DNA of 64,000 nucleotides from Verrucomicrobiota bacterium JB022 (GTDB lineage Bacteria; Verrucomicrobiota; Verrucomicrobiia; Opitutales; Oceanipulchritudinaceae): NCBI GenBank assembly GCA_030673845.1, contig JAUTCQ010000012.1, forward strand, positions 307,218 to 371,217, read 5' to 3'. The notes below the pieces were generated by a model. The model did no database searches, was not told where the DNA came from, and saw only the letters and a program-made list of their open reading frames with translations. The position numbers and the translations under genes are program-made. This document shows positions 45,804 to 56,127 of this stretch, one piece after another; within the stretch, counting starts at the first letter, position 1; each line of letters starts with the position of its first letter.

Positions 45804-47292
45804 AGCGGACGAGTTGGTCGGGGTTGAAATGATAGGCATCCTTGGCGAGCGTTTCCATGGAGTGCACGGTCTCGCGATAGTCGGGCCGGTCGATAAGGTT
45901 ATCGGTCTCGGCCGGGTCGGTGCGGTGGTCGTAGAGTTCGCGGCCGATCAGCTCGCCGCTCTCACAGTCCCTCCACTCCACGTAGCGATACTGTTCGGTG
46001 CGCAGCGCATAGCCCATCGCCTGCCAGTTGCGGCTGTAAAACGGCTGGGGATGCTGGCTGAGGACGTAGGTCTTGCCCGGCAGGCTCGGGTCGTTGAGCA
46101 GCGGCACGAAGCTCTTGCCTTCCAACGCGGCGGGCGCCGGCAGCCCGGCCATTTCGCAGATGCTGGGGAAGAGGTCGATCAGCTCCACCAGCCCATCGGC
46201 CTGGCCGCTTTTGCCCTGGTAGCGCTCGGGCAGGTGCACGATCAAGGGCACGCGGGCATCCAGCTCGTAGTTGGTCGTTTTGCCCCACAGCTCGTGCTCG
46301 CCGAGGTGAAAGCCGTGGTCGCTGAAGAAGATGACAATGGTGTTGTCGTCCAGCCCGGTGGCCTTGAGCTGGGCAAGCACTTTGCCAACCTGGGCATCGA
46401 CGAAGCTGATGCAGGCAAAGTAGCCGTGCCGCAGCGCCAGGACTTCATCGTGACTCAAGGGCCCCTGTTTGGGCATGCCGCCATAGCTGCGCAGCTCCGT
46501 CCAGCGATGACGCGCCACTTCGGGGACGTTTTCCGGGAAATCGGTCGAGGGCACGCGGTCGAAGTCTGCCCGGTCGTAGAGGTCCCAATAGCGTTGCGGG
46601 ACGTTGAACGGCAGGTGCGGCTTCCAGAAGCCGACGGCGAGGAAGAAGGGTTCGGTGACTTCGGCGCGATCCTTCAAGGCCGCACAGGCAACGGCTGCGA
46701 TTTGGCCGTCGAAGTAGGCTTCGTCGGGCACGTCGTAGTGCTCGTAGGCTCCCCCCTTGGCCTCCGGCCCGAAGGGATCTCCCGGCACGACCGAGTCTTG
46801 CCAGTGCGCCCCGTTGATGAACGAGGATGGTGCCGACCACGATTGCGGATCGGCCATGGGCGCGCGGTTGGGCTTCTTGGCCGTTTCGTTGTGGAAGATC
46901 TTGCCGATGGCGCGCGTGTAGTAGCCGTTCTGCTTCAGGTATTCCGGCAGGCTCACGATGTCTTCGTGGACTTCGCGGAAGCGCCCGTCGAGATCCCACA
47001 CGCGGACGGTGTCCGGGCGCAAGCCCGTCAAAAACGAGGTGCGCGAGGGGTTGCAGACCGCCTGCTGGGCGTAGGCACGGCTGAAGATCACCGAGCTTTC
47101 GCTCAAGGCGTCGAGGTGAGGTGTCACGGCCAGCTCGCTCCCATAGCTCCCGATCTCCGGGCGCATATCGTCGGTGACGATAAAGAGGATGTTGGGCCGC
47201 TCCGGCGCAGTCTCGGCGCGTAGCCCACCGGCGCTCCAGAGCAGGCATAAGGCGAGGGTGCCGGTCGAAAGCTTGAATCGTTGGAGAATCAT
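45793..47292 (-). CDS. Sulfatase (formylglycine-dependent; iduronate-2-sulfatase-like)
   Basis: Signal peptide. 'PNILFIVTDDMRP' with the sulfatase signature 'CNPSRTSFLTGLRP' (C-x-P-x-R). Confidence 0.9.
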   Translation of the reverse strand: MILQRFKLSTGTLALCLLWSAGGLRAETAPERPNILFIVTDDMRPEIGSYGSELAVTPHLDALSESSVIFSRAYAQQAVCNPSRTSFLTGLRPDTVRVWDLDGRFREVHEDIVSLPEYLKQNGYYTRAIGKIFHNETAKKPNRAPMADPQSWSAPSSFINGAHWQDSVVPGDPFGPEAKGGAYEHYDVPDEAYFDGQIAAVACAALKDRAEVTEPFFLAVGFWKPHLPFNVPQRYWDLYDRADFDRVPSTDFPENVPEVARHRWTELRSYGGMPKQGPLSHDEVLALRHGYFACISFVDAQVGKVLAQLKATGLDDNTIVIFFSDHGFHLGEHELWGKTTNYELDARVPLIVHLPERYQGKSGQADGLVELIDLFPSICEMAGLPAPAALEGKSFVPLLNDPSLPGKTYVLSQHPQPFYSRNWQAMGYALRTEQYRYVEWRDCESGELIGRELYDHRTDPAETDNLIDRPDYRETVHSMETLAKDAYHFNPDQLVRYGD

Positions 47293-47314
47293 GAAAAGCG
47301 GGATCGGTTGGGGT

Positions 47315-48691
47315 TTAGTCGGCCGGGAGCGCTACGTCGTTCCACCAGATGATACCTTGCTGCAGACGGCGGTCGACAAACAGCGGGGGCGGCAGCTCGG
47401 CGTCCCACGCCTTGAACTCGCGCTTCAACTCGCGCAGCAGCTTGGGTTTTTTGGCCGCCAGGTTGTGCGCTTCAGCCGGGTCCTTGCGCAGGTTGTAGAG
47501 TTCCCAGGCCGGGTCCTTGTTATCCCCCACCCCGTTGCGGATCAGCTTCCAGTCTCCCTTGCGGATGGCAGACATGTAGGGGCCGTAGCGCCAGTAGAGC
47601 GCTCGATCGGGCAACGGCTGGCCGTCGCGCAAGAGCGGCATCAGGTCGACCCCGTGCAGCTCCGCCTCGGGCTCGACACCCTCGAGCAGGCCCAGCACGG
47701 TCGGCACCACGTCGACCGCGATCACCGGCTCCTTGAGGGTTGTGCCGGTTTGCTTGAAGCCATTGGGCCACTGGACGAGGAAGGGGGTGCGGATGCCGCC
47801 TTCGTAGAGCACGTATTTGCCGCCGCGCAGGGGTGCGTTGTCGCTGTGGTTTTGCGGGGCGCCGCCGTTGTCGCTGAAGAAGAAGACGAGGGTGTCGTCG
47901 AACTGGCCCGTCTCTTTGAGTGCCTGCAGCACGCGGCCCACGTTGTCGTCCATCGAGGCCGTCATGGCGGCGTAATAGCGGCGGCCAATGTCTTCGATAT
48001 GGGCGTAGCGTTGCAGGTATTCCTCCGTCGCTTCCATCGGCACGTGCACGGCGTTGAAGCACAGCATCAGGCACCACGGGCCGTCTTGCTCGCGGCGCAC
48101 AAACTCGACCGCGTCGGAGCCGAAGGCATCCGTCAGGTAGCTCTCCTTGGGCTCCTCCTGATCGTTGCGAAACAGGGGGCCTTCCGTGCCGGGCAGGTAG
48201 GAGGTACCTCCGCCCAGGAAGCCGTAAAAGTAATCGAAGCCACGGTTGGTCGGGTAAAATTCATCGTCCCACCCCATGTGCCACTTGCCGATGAGGCCGA
48301 CCGAGTAGCCTTCGCGCTGGAGGTAATCGCCGAGGCTGCGCTCTGAAGTCGGGAGGCCGATGCCGGGCGGATGGCCGGGGCCTCCCAGCGTCTGCACCCC
48401 AAAGGCTTCCTGATAGCGGCCTGTGACAATGCCCATGCGGCTGGGCAGGCAGACGGGTGCGGTGATGTAGGCGTCGGAAAACGACACCCCATTTTGCGCC
48501 AGCGAGTCGATATGAGGCGTCTGGATGTCTTTGGCGCCGGTGATCCCAAGGTCGGCGTAGCCGAGGTCGTCGGCCACGATGACGAGGATGTTGGGCGTTG
48601 GCTTGGGCTCTGTGGGCTGGGCTTGCAGGCTGGTGGCCAACACGAGGCCCGCCGACACCGCGAGCCGGAGAGTTCTGGGGAAGTGGAGCAT
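47315..48691 (-). CDS. Sulfatase (formylglycine-dependent arylsulfatase family)
   Basis: Signal peptide. 'PNILVIVADDLGYADLG' with the signature 'CLPSRMGIVTGRY'. Confidence 0.9.
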   Translation of the reverse strand: MLHFPRTLRLAVSAGLVLATSLQAQPTEPKPTPNILVIVADDLGYADLGITGAKDIQTPHIDSLAQNGVSFSDAYITAPVCLPSRMGIVTGRYQEAFGVQTLGGPGHPPGIGLPTSERSLGDYLQREGYSVGLIGKWHMGWDDEFYPTNRGFDYFYGFLGGGTSYLPGTEGPLFRNDQEEPKESYLTDAFGSDAVEFVRREQDGPWCLMLCFNAVHVPMEATEEYLQRYAHIEDIGRRYYAAMTASMDDNVGRVLQALKETGQFDDTLVFFFSDNGGAPQNHSDNAPLRGGKYVLYEGGIRTPFLVQWPNGFKQTGTTLKEPVIAVDVVPTVLGLLEGVEPEAELHGVDLMPLLRDGQPLPDRALYWRYGPYMSAIRKGDWKLIRNGVGDNKDPAWELYNLRKDPAEAHNLAAKKPKLLRELKREFKAWDAELPPPLFVDRRLQQGIIWWNDVALPAD

Positions 48692-48757
48692 GGGGATAGC
48701 GGAAAAGAAGAAGCGCGGCAGGGCAAAACCATGGCTCCCTGCCGCGCCCAGGGCGAA

Positions 48758-51700
48758 TTAGAATGCAAACGAATTGGTGAGGAAGAAGGTGCGCTCGACC
48801 GGGGCGCGCACCACCGCCCAGCTGCCGTCGGGGTTGATGACTTCGGGCGTAATATCGTTACTGCCGACGAGGTTACGGGCATTGAGCTGGACCGTCCAGC
48901 GGACATCTCCCCAGATCTTGCGCTCGTAGCGGATGAAGACGTCTCCATTCCACTGCGACGAAGCGTAGAAGGGGTTGTCGAGGTCGGGCACCTGCAGGAT
49001 GTCGCCTTCGCTTTCGACCAGGTTGATCGGGTAGCCGACTGCGGCCTTGTCTTGCCAGCGGATGGAGCCGCCAATGCCGACACCCTTGAACAAGCTGTCC
49101 TTGTCGAAGGTGTAGCCAGTGGTGAAGTTGACCCGCCACTTGCGCTGCTCCTGGCTCACGGCGCCGTCGCGTGCAGTGATGGCTGCCAGCGGGTTCAGCA
49201 CGTCACGGGTGAAGCGCTGCTTGTAGGTGACGTTGCTGGCCACGTTGGGCTCGTCGAAGACTTCCTCGTCCCACAGGCGGGCGTCGACCAGCGACTGGCG
49301 GATCTGGCCGTAGTATTCGCCGAGTTCGGAGCCGGAGCCGGAGCGGATCGTCTCCTGCTTGGCGATGTTGAGGGCGAGGCGCCAGTTGTCGGTGACGTTG
49401 GCCGTCAGCTCGATTTCGACCCCTTTGGCGATGAGGTCGGAGCTGGAGACGAGGCCCTGGACGGGCTCTGCCTCCACCGCGCGGTCGCCCACCGCGTTTT
49501 CGACGATGCGGATGTTGCTCTCCGTCTTGAGCGGCTCGGGCACCATGTTGATGAGGGTGTCGATCACCTCGTCGTAAGAGCTGTGATGCTCGGCCAAACC
49601 GGTTTCGCGGCCCGTGTAATCGTAGCCGAAGGGCACGCCCAGGCGCTGGGCTTCGAGCAGGCGGCTCACCCAGCCCACGACAGGTGATACGGCCTGGTTG
49701 TCGAGGTTGGTATCGAGGGCGATGGCGGTGTTCTCGGTCTCATACCAGTTGACGCGCAGGCTGAAGCGGCGGTCCAGCATGGAAATGAGGAAGCCCTTTT
49801 CTTCCGTCTGGCCCGAGGGCGGGCTCAGCGGGTTGAGGTAGACGTCTTGACGGAAGCCGACCGGCGTAAAGTTCTCCGACTTGGAGTAGAAGAGGCTCAA
49901 CTCCGAGCGCAGGGGCAGGTCGGGCAGCCACAGGTCGGGGTAGTGTGCCACCACGCTCCAACTGGTGGTCTCGCCCTCGATGTCGAGGTTGGGCTCGTCC
50001 TGCAACTGGAGCGAAATGGGGTCGAGCGCGCCATCGTCGAGGCGGCGGTTGGGCAGGCTCAGCGTATCGCGGACGCGGTCTTGCCGGATGCCATACATGC
50101 CGACGATCAAGTCCTTCACCAGGTAGCCTTGCCAGGTGATCGCCTTGGTGTCGATGATCCGCTCGTTGGCGCTGCCCTGCTTCAGAAACTCGTCCGCATA
50201 GGCCGTGACCTGACGCACCGTCCCGGTATTGGGGTCGCGCACAAAGGTGACGAACTCGTCCCCATGCTTCGGCAGCGGCACGTCGATGTAGCCGCCGAAT
50301 TGCACGTCTTCGTAGGTGGGGAACTGGCGCAGATCGGGCCCGACATAAAAGGCGGCGTGCAGCTGACGGCGGAAGTTGTTCTTCAGGCCGGAGAGCGCGT
50401 CTTCCATGTCGATCTCGTCGGAGCTGACTGCCATCGCGTAGCCTTCGCGCCGCTCGTAGCGCGAAGCTTCTTCGACCAGCCCGGAGAACACGTGGCGGCC
50501 GAGCCAGTTCGAAGCCCAGCCGTCGTCGATCAGCTCCTTGAAGTCCAGCTCCAGGAACGCCGTGGCGCGCTTGGTCTCGCGATACATCTCGATCTCGGCA
50601 TGGTTGCCCCAGACGCGGGAGACGAGCAGCGGGCGGCCTGCATTAGGGTTGGGCTGGCCGTTGCCCAGCCACAGGTTGTTGTCGACTTTCACGTCGAAGG
50701 CGCGGCCGTCGACGATGCCAAACGACTCCCCGCCGCCGAAGGTAAACTGGTTGCGCCGATCCAGCTCTTGCTTGTTGTAGGCCAGCTCGACCCCGAAACG
50801 GTTTTTCCAGAAGAGCTGCTCGAGCGTAAAGGTCTGGTTCTGGAAGCTGTCCTGACGCTCTTCCATGCGGCCCGAAAGCAGCGTGTCCACAAAGTCGTAG
50901 ATGTGGGTATTCTGGAAGGTGGGCGCGGTGAAGCCGGTCGTCCAGGGCTCATCCACGAGGCTGGACTGCATCAACCAGTCGAACGAGCCTTGGACGCGCC
51001 CCTCGACCGCCTGCAGGTCGGCGTATTGGGGGTTGGTAAAGCCGACTGAGGGGCCTGCGCCGCCCGACGAATTGGTGTAGATCTGGCCCACGGTGATGAA
51101 CCACGGGAGGCGCTGTGCCTCGCTGCCCAGGAAGGGGCCGCCGGCGCCAAACTGGTCGTGCATTGCCTGCGGCACGAAGGTGCCGTCGGTATAGCGGGCG
51201 GGTGCCTGCATCCCCGTCTGGTTCTCGATGGCTTCGACGTTCGGCGGCATGTACCAGTCGCGGATCGTGTCGATCGGCGCGATGACGTTGGGCGGCGTGG
51301 TCTGGACTTCGGCAAACTCCAGGTTGCTGCGGAACGTGGTGGTGCCGACCATCTTGTTTTTGGTGCCTTGGTAGAGCACGCCGGTCAGGGCGGCGGCCAG
51401 GCGCTGGTCGTCGGAGTAGGCGGGCTCCTGCTCGAAGTTCTTGCGCTCGTTGAGGGCGTTGATGCGGACGGCGAAGCGCTTGGGGATCAGGATCTGGTTG
51501 AAGTCGAGCGTCTCGCGGTGGCTCCCGCGCTGATCCACGCGGAAGGCGACGCGGTAACGGTCGCGCAGGAGGTTCGCCGTCTTGCTGGAGTAGTTGATGA
51601 CCCCGCCCGGGCTGCCGACCCCGAAGAGGATCGAGTTGGGGCCGCGGCTGATGTCGACCCGCTCGACGTTGTAGGTGTCGAAGCCGAAATCGGTGATGAA

Positions 51701-52216
51701 ATAGTCGCGGCTGATCTCCGCCCTCACCAGGCCGCGCACACGCGTATTGCCTTCGGGGTTTTCGCGGTTGTCCTGCTGCGAGGCGCGTCCTGCCGTATTG
51801 CCGGAGTTGGTAAAGTTACCGGACGAGCCGCCCACTTCGGTGCCGGTGGTATACACCAGCAGGTCTTCAATGCCGGTGACGGCGGTGTCTTCGATAAACT
51901 CCGGCGTGACGACGGAGATGGCGGCCCCGAGGTCGCGCAGATCCGAATTGATACGGGTGCCGGCGAGGGACGAGGTGGCCTGGTAGCCCATGTTGGACGA
52001 AGCTTCGACCGTGAAGGGGCTCAGGGTGAACATCACGTCTTCATCCGCCTCTTCCTGGGCGCTGACCGTGAGGCCGGAGAGGGTGGCGGCAAGCGCCAGC
52101 AGCAGGCGTGGCGAGCGGGCCAGCGCGCTGCGCCTGCGGGTCGTGAATACGGACCGCGAAATGGGAGCACTGTCGAAAGCTTGGGATGGAACTCTAGGGG
52201 TAGCAGATGTCTTCAT
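48758..52216 (-). CDS. TonB-dependent outer-membrane receptor (large, 1152 aa)
   Basis: Signal peptide, 'TLSPFTVEAS' N-terminal motif, a plug region, a very long barrel, and a C-terminal '…FLTNSFAF' ending in an aromatic residue. Confidence 0.85.
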   Translation of the reverse strand: MKTSATPRVPSQAFDSAPISRSVFTTRRRSALARSPRLLLALAATLSGLTVSAQEEADEDVMFTLSPFTVEASSNMGYQATSSLAGTRINSDLRDLGAAISVVTPEFIEDTAVTGIEDLLVYTTGTEVGGSSGNFTNSGNTAGRASQQDNRENPEGNTRVRGLVRAEISRDYFITDFGFDTYNVERVDISRGPNSILFGVGSPGGVINYSSKTANLLRDRYRVAFRVDQRGSHRETLDFNQILIPKRFAVRINALNERKNFEQEPAYSDDQRLAAALTGVLYQGTKNKMVGTTTFRSNLEFAEVQTTPPNVIAPIDTIRDWYMPPNVEAIENQTGMQAPARYTDGTFVPQAMHDQFGAGGPFLGSEAQRLPWFITVGQIYTNSSGGAGPSVGFTNPQYADLQAVEGRVQGSFDWLMQSSLVDEPWTTGFTAPTFQNTHIYDFVDTLLSGRMEERQDSFQNQTFTLEQLFWKNRFGVELAYNKQELDRRNQFTFGGGESFGIVDGRAFDVKVDNNLWLGNGQPNPNAGRPLLVSRVWGNHAEIEMYRETKRATAFLELDFKELIDDGWASNWLGRHVFSGLVEEASRYERREGYAMAVSSDEIDMEDALSGLKNNFRRQLHAAFYVGPDLRQFPTYEDVQFGGYIDVPLPKHGDEFVTFVRDPNTGTVRQVTAYADEFLKQGSANERIIDTKAITWQGYLVKDLIVGMYGIRQDRVRDTLSLPNRRLDDGALDPISLQLQDEPNLDIEGETTSWSVVAHYPDLWLPDLPLRSELSLFYSKSENFTPVGFRQDVYLNPLSPPSGQTEEKGFLISMLDRRFSLRVNWYETENTAIALDTNLDNQAVSPVVGWVSRLLEAQRLGVPFGYDYTGRETGLAEHHSSYDEVIDTLINMVPEPLKTESNIRIVENAVGDRAVEAEPVQGLVSSSDLIAKGVEIELTANVTDNWRLALNIAKQETIRSGSGSELGEYYGQIRQSLVDARLWDEEVFDEPNVASNVTYKQRFTRDVLNPLAAITARDGAVSQEQRKWRVNFTTGYTFDKDSLFKGVGIGGSIRWQDKAAVGYPINLVESEGDILQVPDLDNPFYASSQWNGDVFIRYERKIWGDVRWTVQLNARNLVGSNDITPEVINPDGSWAVVRAPVERTFFLTNSFAF

Positions 52217-52276
52217 GTTGGTTACGGGAGTAGTTTTGTGTGACGATGGATGGGACGAGGCTGAAGCAGCAGCAGC

Positions 52277-54589
52277 CTACCCATCGTCATTGGCCTTGGG
52301 GGAGAGAGACTCGGTCACGACGGCGCCCGGGGCGCAGGCGACGATGCGGTCGACGAGTTGAAGTTGGTGAGTTTGCCGGTTGGTCGCCGCCGCCTGAACT
52401 GTCAGCACCTCACGCGAAACGTCGACGGTGAAATGATCTTTCTGATACACGAGTGAAAAGCGCAAGCGTGTCCAGCGGGGGTAAAGACGGGGGCGGATGG
52501 CGAGGCGACCTTCGTGGCGCCCCACCCCGGCAAAGCCGAAGACCGTTGTCAGCCAGGCGCCTCCGCAGGCGGCAGGGTGTGTGCCCCCCATGAAAATGGT
52601 GCCGGCGTAGAGCTTGAAGTCGCCCTTCAAGTCGATGGACGCGGTCTTGATAAAGTAGCGGTAGGCCTCCTCCAGCCGACCGATCTCGGTGGCCGTCAGC
52701 GCGTAGGCGCAGGCGCTGAGGCTGGAGCCGTGCTCGGTGCGGGGCTCGTAGTAGTCCCAATTGGCCTGGACGATCTCCGGCGCGAAGCTTTCGCGGAAGA
52801 GATACATCATCATGATTACGTCGGCCTGCTTGATCACCTGGGTCGGCACTGCCAGCCCCTGCCCTGCCCCGAGATATTCGTTGGGGTGGATCTTGCGCGA
52901 GGTGACTTCTTCGATCGAAACGTCGTCGAGCTTGAAGTAGCCTTCGAACTGCTCGATGAGCCCGGTTTGCGGGTCGGGCTCGGGCACGTAGGCCTCGCGC
53001 AGCAGCACGGCATAGGCGGGCAGCTCATCGGCGATCTGCAAGCGCTCGATCAAGGCTTCCAGCGCATCCGGATGCTCGGCGCGCAGGTGCTCCACCAGCT
53101 CCAGCGCGATGCGAAGCGTCTCGTAGGCCACCCGGTTGGTAAAGGCGTTGTTGTTGACGCGCTCGTGGTACTCGTCGGGCCCGATCACGTCGAGAAACTC
53201 GTAGCGGCGCTTGTCGGCTTTGTAGTAAGCATACGAGTAGTAGAAGCGGGCACATTCGAGGATGACATCGGCCCCGCCTTCCAACAGCAGGCTGTCGTCG
53301 CCTGTGACGAGGAAGTGCTGCCACATGGCGATGGCAATATCGCCGCTGACGTGGATCTGCTTGTCGCGGAAGTGGGTGCGCAGCTCGCGCCCGGTGTGGG
53401 GATCGCCCACGTTGAAGTAGCTGCAGGCGTCGTCGCCCGTCTCCTGGCTCTCCCAGGCGTAAAACGCGCCCCGATAGCCGGGCCCTTCGGTCTGTGCCTT
53501 GCGGCGGGCACCGTCGAGTGTGTGGATACGGTAGCGCAACAGCTCGGCGGCAGCTTCCGGCCAAGTATAGAGAAACATGGGATACATGAACATCTCCGTA
53601 TCCCAGAAGATCGCGCCCTTGTAGACCTGCCCCGACAGCGCCCGGGCCGGGATCGAGTTGGCGCTGCCTTCGACCGGCGCTGCCATCAGGAGCTGCAGGA
53701 TGCTGAAGCGCAGGGCGAGTTGGGCGTCATCGTCGCCCTCGATCACCACATCGGCCCGTTCCCAGCGGCGCTGCCACTCCGCCCGGTGCTCGGCGAGGCA
53801 CGGTTCGAAGCCCACTGCCGCCGCTGCGCGGACCATCTCGACCACGGCTTCGCGCGGAGAGGCTTCCAGCGAGTCGTTGCCGGTGGCCACGGCAAAGAAT
53901 TTATCGAAAGTATACGTTTTGCCGGCTTCGGCCTTGATCTGCCACGTGTGCAGGTTGCGGCCTTCGCTCACTTCCTGCTTGCCGTCGGCAAGGGTGTGGA
54001 CGACGGCTTCGGCCACCGCCACGGGGATGCCTTGTTCCTGCGTCTTGCCGTGGACCAGCAGCACGTCGCCTTGGGTCGCAAATTCGAGCCCCGGGAGGTG
54101 CGGGCCGTTCAAGTCCCAGATGTTGCCGTCGATCCCCGTGCGGATCCGCAGCGAGGCAGCCGCATCGCAGGTGACGGTGTAACGCACGACCCCGAGGTGG
54201 GGGTTGGCCGCACTGAGGAAACGCGTCGACTGGAGGGTGACGCCCTTGCCGTTGACCTGGAACACCGATTGGCGTGAAAACACGGCGGCGGCGAGGTCGA
54301 GGGCCTGCTCGTGCCGGGCGCAATCGCCCGACGCCAAGGTCAGCTCGACCCCATCGACCGACACGGCTGTGTAGCCACCGTTGGGCGCGTTGACCGGCTC
54401 CCGCCAGGCCTCGCCCACCCGGTCGAAAATCCCGGCCAGGGTGACGCCGACGTGTTGCTCCGGCCCATCCTCGTCCAGCGTGCCGCGATAGCCCATGTAG
54501 CCATTGGCGATCTGGAAGCGGATCTGGCGGCGCATGAGGTCTGCCGCGTCTCCGCCCAACTCGGATGTACTAATTTTCCAGTGTTCCAT
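52277..54589 (-). CDS. Glycoside hydrolase family 65 disaccharide phosphorylase (maltose/trehalose/kojibiose/nigerose-phosphorylase type)
   Basis: 770 aa with no signal peptide. It has the GH65 N-terminal beta-sandwich, the central (alpha/alpha)6 with '…GAIFWDTEMFMYP…' and '…KQADVIMMMYLF…', and the C-terminal beta domain. It lies in an operon with beta-phosphoglucomutase. Confidence 0.85.
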   Translation of the reverse strand: MEHWKISTSELGGDAADLMRRQIRFQIANGYMGYRGTLDEDGPEQHVGVTLAGIFDRVGEAWREPVNAPNGGYTAVSVDGVELTLASGDCARHEQALDLAAAVFSRQSVFQVNGKGVTLQSTRFLSAANPHLGVVRYTVTCDAAASLRIRTGIDGNIWDLNGPHLPGLEFATQGDVLLVHGKTQEQGIPVAVAEAVVHTLADGKQEVSEGRNLHTWQIKAEAGKTYTFDKFFAVATGNDSLEASPREAVVEMVRAAAAVGFEPCLAEHRAEWQRRWERADVVIEGDDDAQLALRFSILQLLMAAPVEGSANSIPARALSGQVYKGAIFWDTEMFMYPMFLYTWPEAAAELLRYRIHTLDGARRKAQTEGPGYRGAFYAWESQETGDDACSYFNVGDPHTGRELRTHFRDKQIHVSGDIAIAMWQHFLVTGDDSLLLEGGADVILECARFYYSYAYYKADKRRYEFLDVIGPDEYHERVNNNAFTNRVAYETLRIALELVEHLRAEHPDALEALIERLQIADELPAYAVLLREAYVPEPDPQTGLIEQFEGYFKLDDVSIEEVTSRKIHPNEYLGAGQGLAVPTQVIKQADVIMMMYLFRESFAPEIVQANWDYYEPRTEHGSSLSACAYALTATEIGRLEEAYRYFIKTASIDLKGDFKLYAGTIFMGGTHPAACGGAWLTTVFGFAGVGRHEGRLAIRPRLYPRWTRLRFSLVYQKDHFTVDVSREVLTVQAAATNRQTHQLQLVDRIVACAPGAVVTESLSPKANDDG

Positions 54590-54602
54590 AAAAAGTGAAG
54601 GA

Positions 54603-56105
54603 TCAAGCCAATGGCTCTTCGTCGCGCACCCTCAACATGAGGGCTGCCGCGAGCACCATGGAGGCGCCGCCGAGGACGAGGGCAAAGATGGCGTGGCCGT
54701 GAAAAAGCGTCCGCACCAGCAGGCCGAGCACCGCTGCGGCCAGGATTTGCGGGATGACGATGAAGAAGTTGAAGATGCCCATGTAGACCCCCATCTTGCG
54801 GTAGGAGACCACGCTGCTGAGGATCGCATACGGCATCGTGAGCAGGCTCGCCCAGGCGATGCCGAAGCCGATCATGAGGCCAATCAGGAGGAAGGGCTCG
54901 CGCACCAGATACATGGCGGCCAGGCTGACCCCGCCCAGCACAAGACAGATCATGTGCGTGTAGACGCGGCCAATGCGGCGTGCGAGCACGGGGAGGAGAA
55001 ACGCGACCACGGCGGCCGTCCCGTTCCAGACGGCCATGAGGACCCCCACCCAATTCGCGCCCTCGTTGTAGGCGTCGGAACGTGGATCGCTACTACCGAA
55101 GTGGTAGCTGGTGACCGCCGAGGTCGCATAGATGAAAAAGGCGAAGAGCGCGAACCAGGTGCACATCTGGGCGAGCGACAGTTGCCGCATGGGCCCCGGC
55201 ATGTTGTTCAGGTCGTGCATGATCTCGACCAGGCCGTGCTGGTCTCCCCGGGCGCTGCGCCAGGCGGCGAGCAGCTGCAGGAGGCCGTAGGCCACCGAGC
55301 CGACCGAGAGGATATACTGCCCCTTGTCCCACGACAGCAGGTTGATCAGGGCCGTGAAGGCGACGCCTACGACCATCAAGATCGTGCCGGTGACGACGTA
55401 GCGCTGGCGGTCGAGGGAGATGACCGCCGCAGGCTCTTCGGGGGTGGCCGCCTCCCGATTGAAGCTCTCCAGCTCTTCGGGCGAGTATTCCCGCACCTTG
55501 AAGACGGTCCACATGACCGCCAGGAAGTAGACGATACCGCCGAGGATGAAGGCCCATTTTACCGAGTCTGGCACGACGCCTTCGGGCGCGGTGTTGGACA
55601 TCCCGAACACATTCGTGAGCAGGTAGGGCATCAGCGAGCCCAGCACGGAGCTGGCACCGATAAAGAACGTCTGCATCGCGAAGCCGGCGGTGCGTTGCTC
55701 GTTGGGCAGCATGTCGCCCACAAAGGCGCGCATCGGCTCCATCGTGATGTTGATCGAGGCATCGAGGATCCAGAGCATGCCGGCGGCGAACCAGAGGTAG
55801 GGAGAATGCGGCATCACCAGCAGGCCGAGCGAGGCGAGCACGGCGCCGATCAGGAAGTAGGGCTTGCGACGCCCGAGCCGGTTCCACGTCTTGTCGCTGA
55901 GGTAGCCGATGATGGGCTGCACCAGCAGGCCGGTGACGGGGCCCGCGATCCACAGGATCGGGATCTCGTCGATCTTGGCCCCGAGGGTTTCGAAGATGCG
56001 GCTCACGTTGGCGTTCTGCAGCGCAAAGCCGAACTGAATGCCCACGTAGCCAAAGCTCATGTTCCAGAGCTGCCAGAAAGAAAGTTGAGGTTTCCGTATC
56101 ATCAT
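54603..56105 (-). CDS. MFS sugar:cation symporter (GPH / sucrose-maltose-H+ symporter-like)
   Basis: 12 predicted TMs. The start is set at MMIRKPQLSFWQLWNMSFGYVGIQFGFAL; the 83 upstream codons look like non-coding read-through. The 'R.GRRKPY' loop motif is typical of GPH/SLC45-type transporters. Confidence 0.8.
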   Translation of the reverse strand: MMIRKPQLSFWQLWNMSFGYVGIQFGFALQNANVSRIFETLGAKIDEIPILWIAGPVTGLLVQPIIGYLSDKTWNRLGRRKPYFLIGAVLASLGLLVMPHSPYLWFAAGMLWILDASINITMEPMRAFVGDMLPNEQRTAGFAMQTFFIGASSVLGSLMPYLLTNVFGMSNTAPEGVVPDSVKWAFILGGIVYFLAVMWTVFKVREYSPEELESFNREAATPEEPAAVISLDRQRYVVTGTILMVVGVAFTALINLLSWDKGQYILSVGSVAYGLLQLLAAWRSARGDQHGLVEIMHDLNNMPGPMRQLSLAQMCTWFALFAFFIYATSAVTSYHFGSSDPRSDAYNEGANWVGVLMAVWNGTAAVVAFLLPVLARRIGRVYTHMICLVLGGVSLAAMYLVREPFLLIGLMIGFGIAWASLLTMPYAILSSVVSYRKMGVYMGIFNFFIVIPQILAAAVLGLLVRTLFHGHAIFALVLGGASMVLAAALMLRVRDEEPLA

Positions 56106-56127
56106 GGGGTGTAGCGAAACCGATGAT

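Noticed and set aside
49847-55953. Multiple + strand ORFs (49847-51049, 51158-52243, 52514-54277, 54504-56114) opposite the TonB receptor/GH65/MFS genes
   Set aside because: All are low-complexity antisense translations of supported minus-strand genes.
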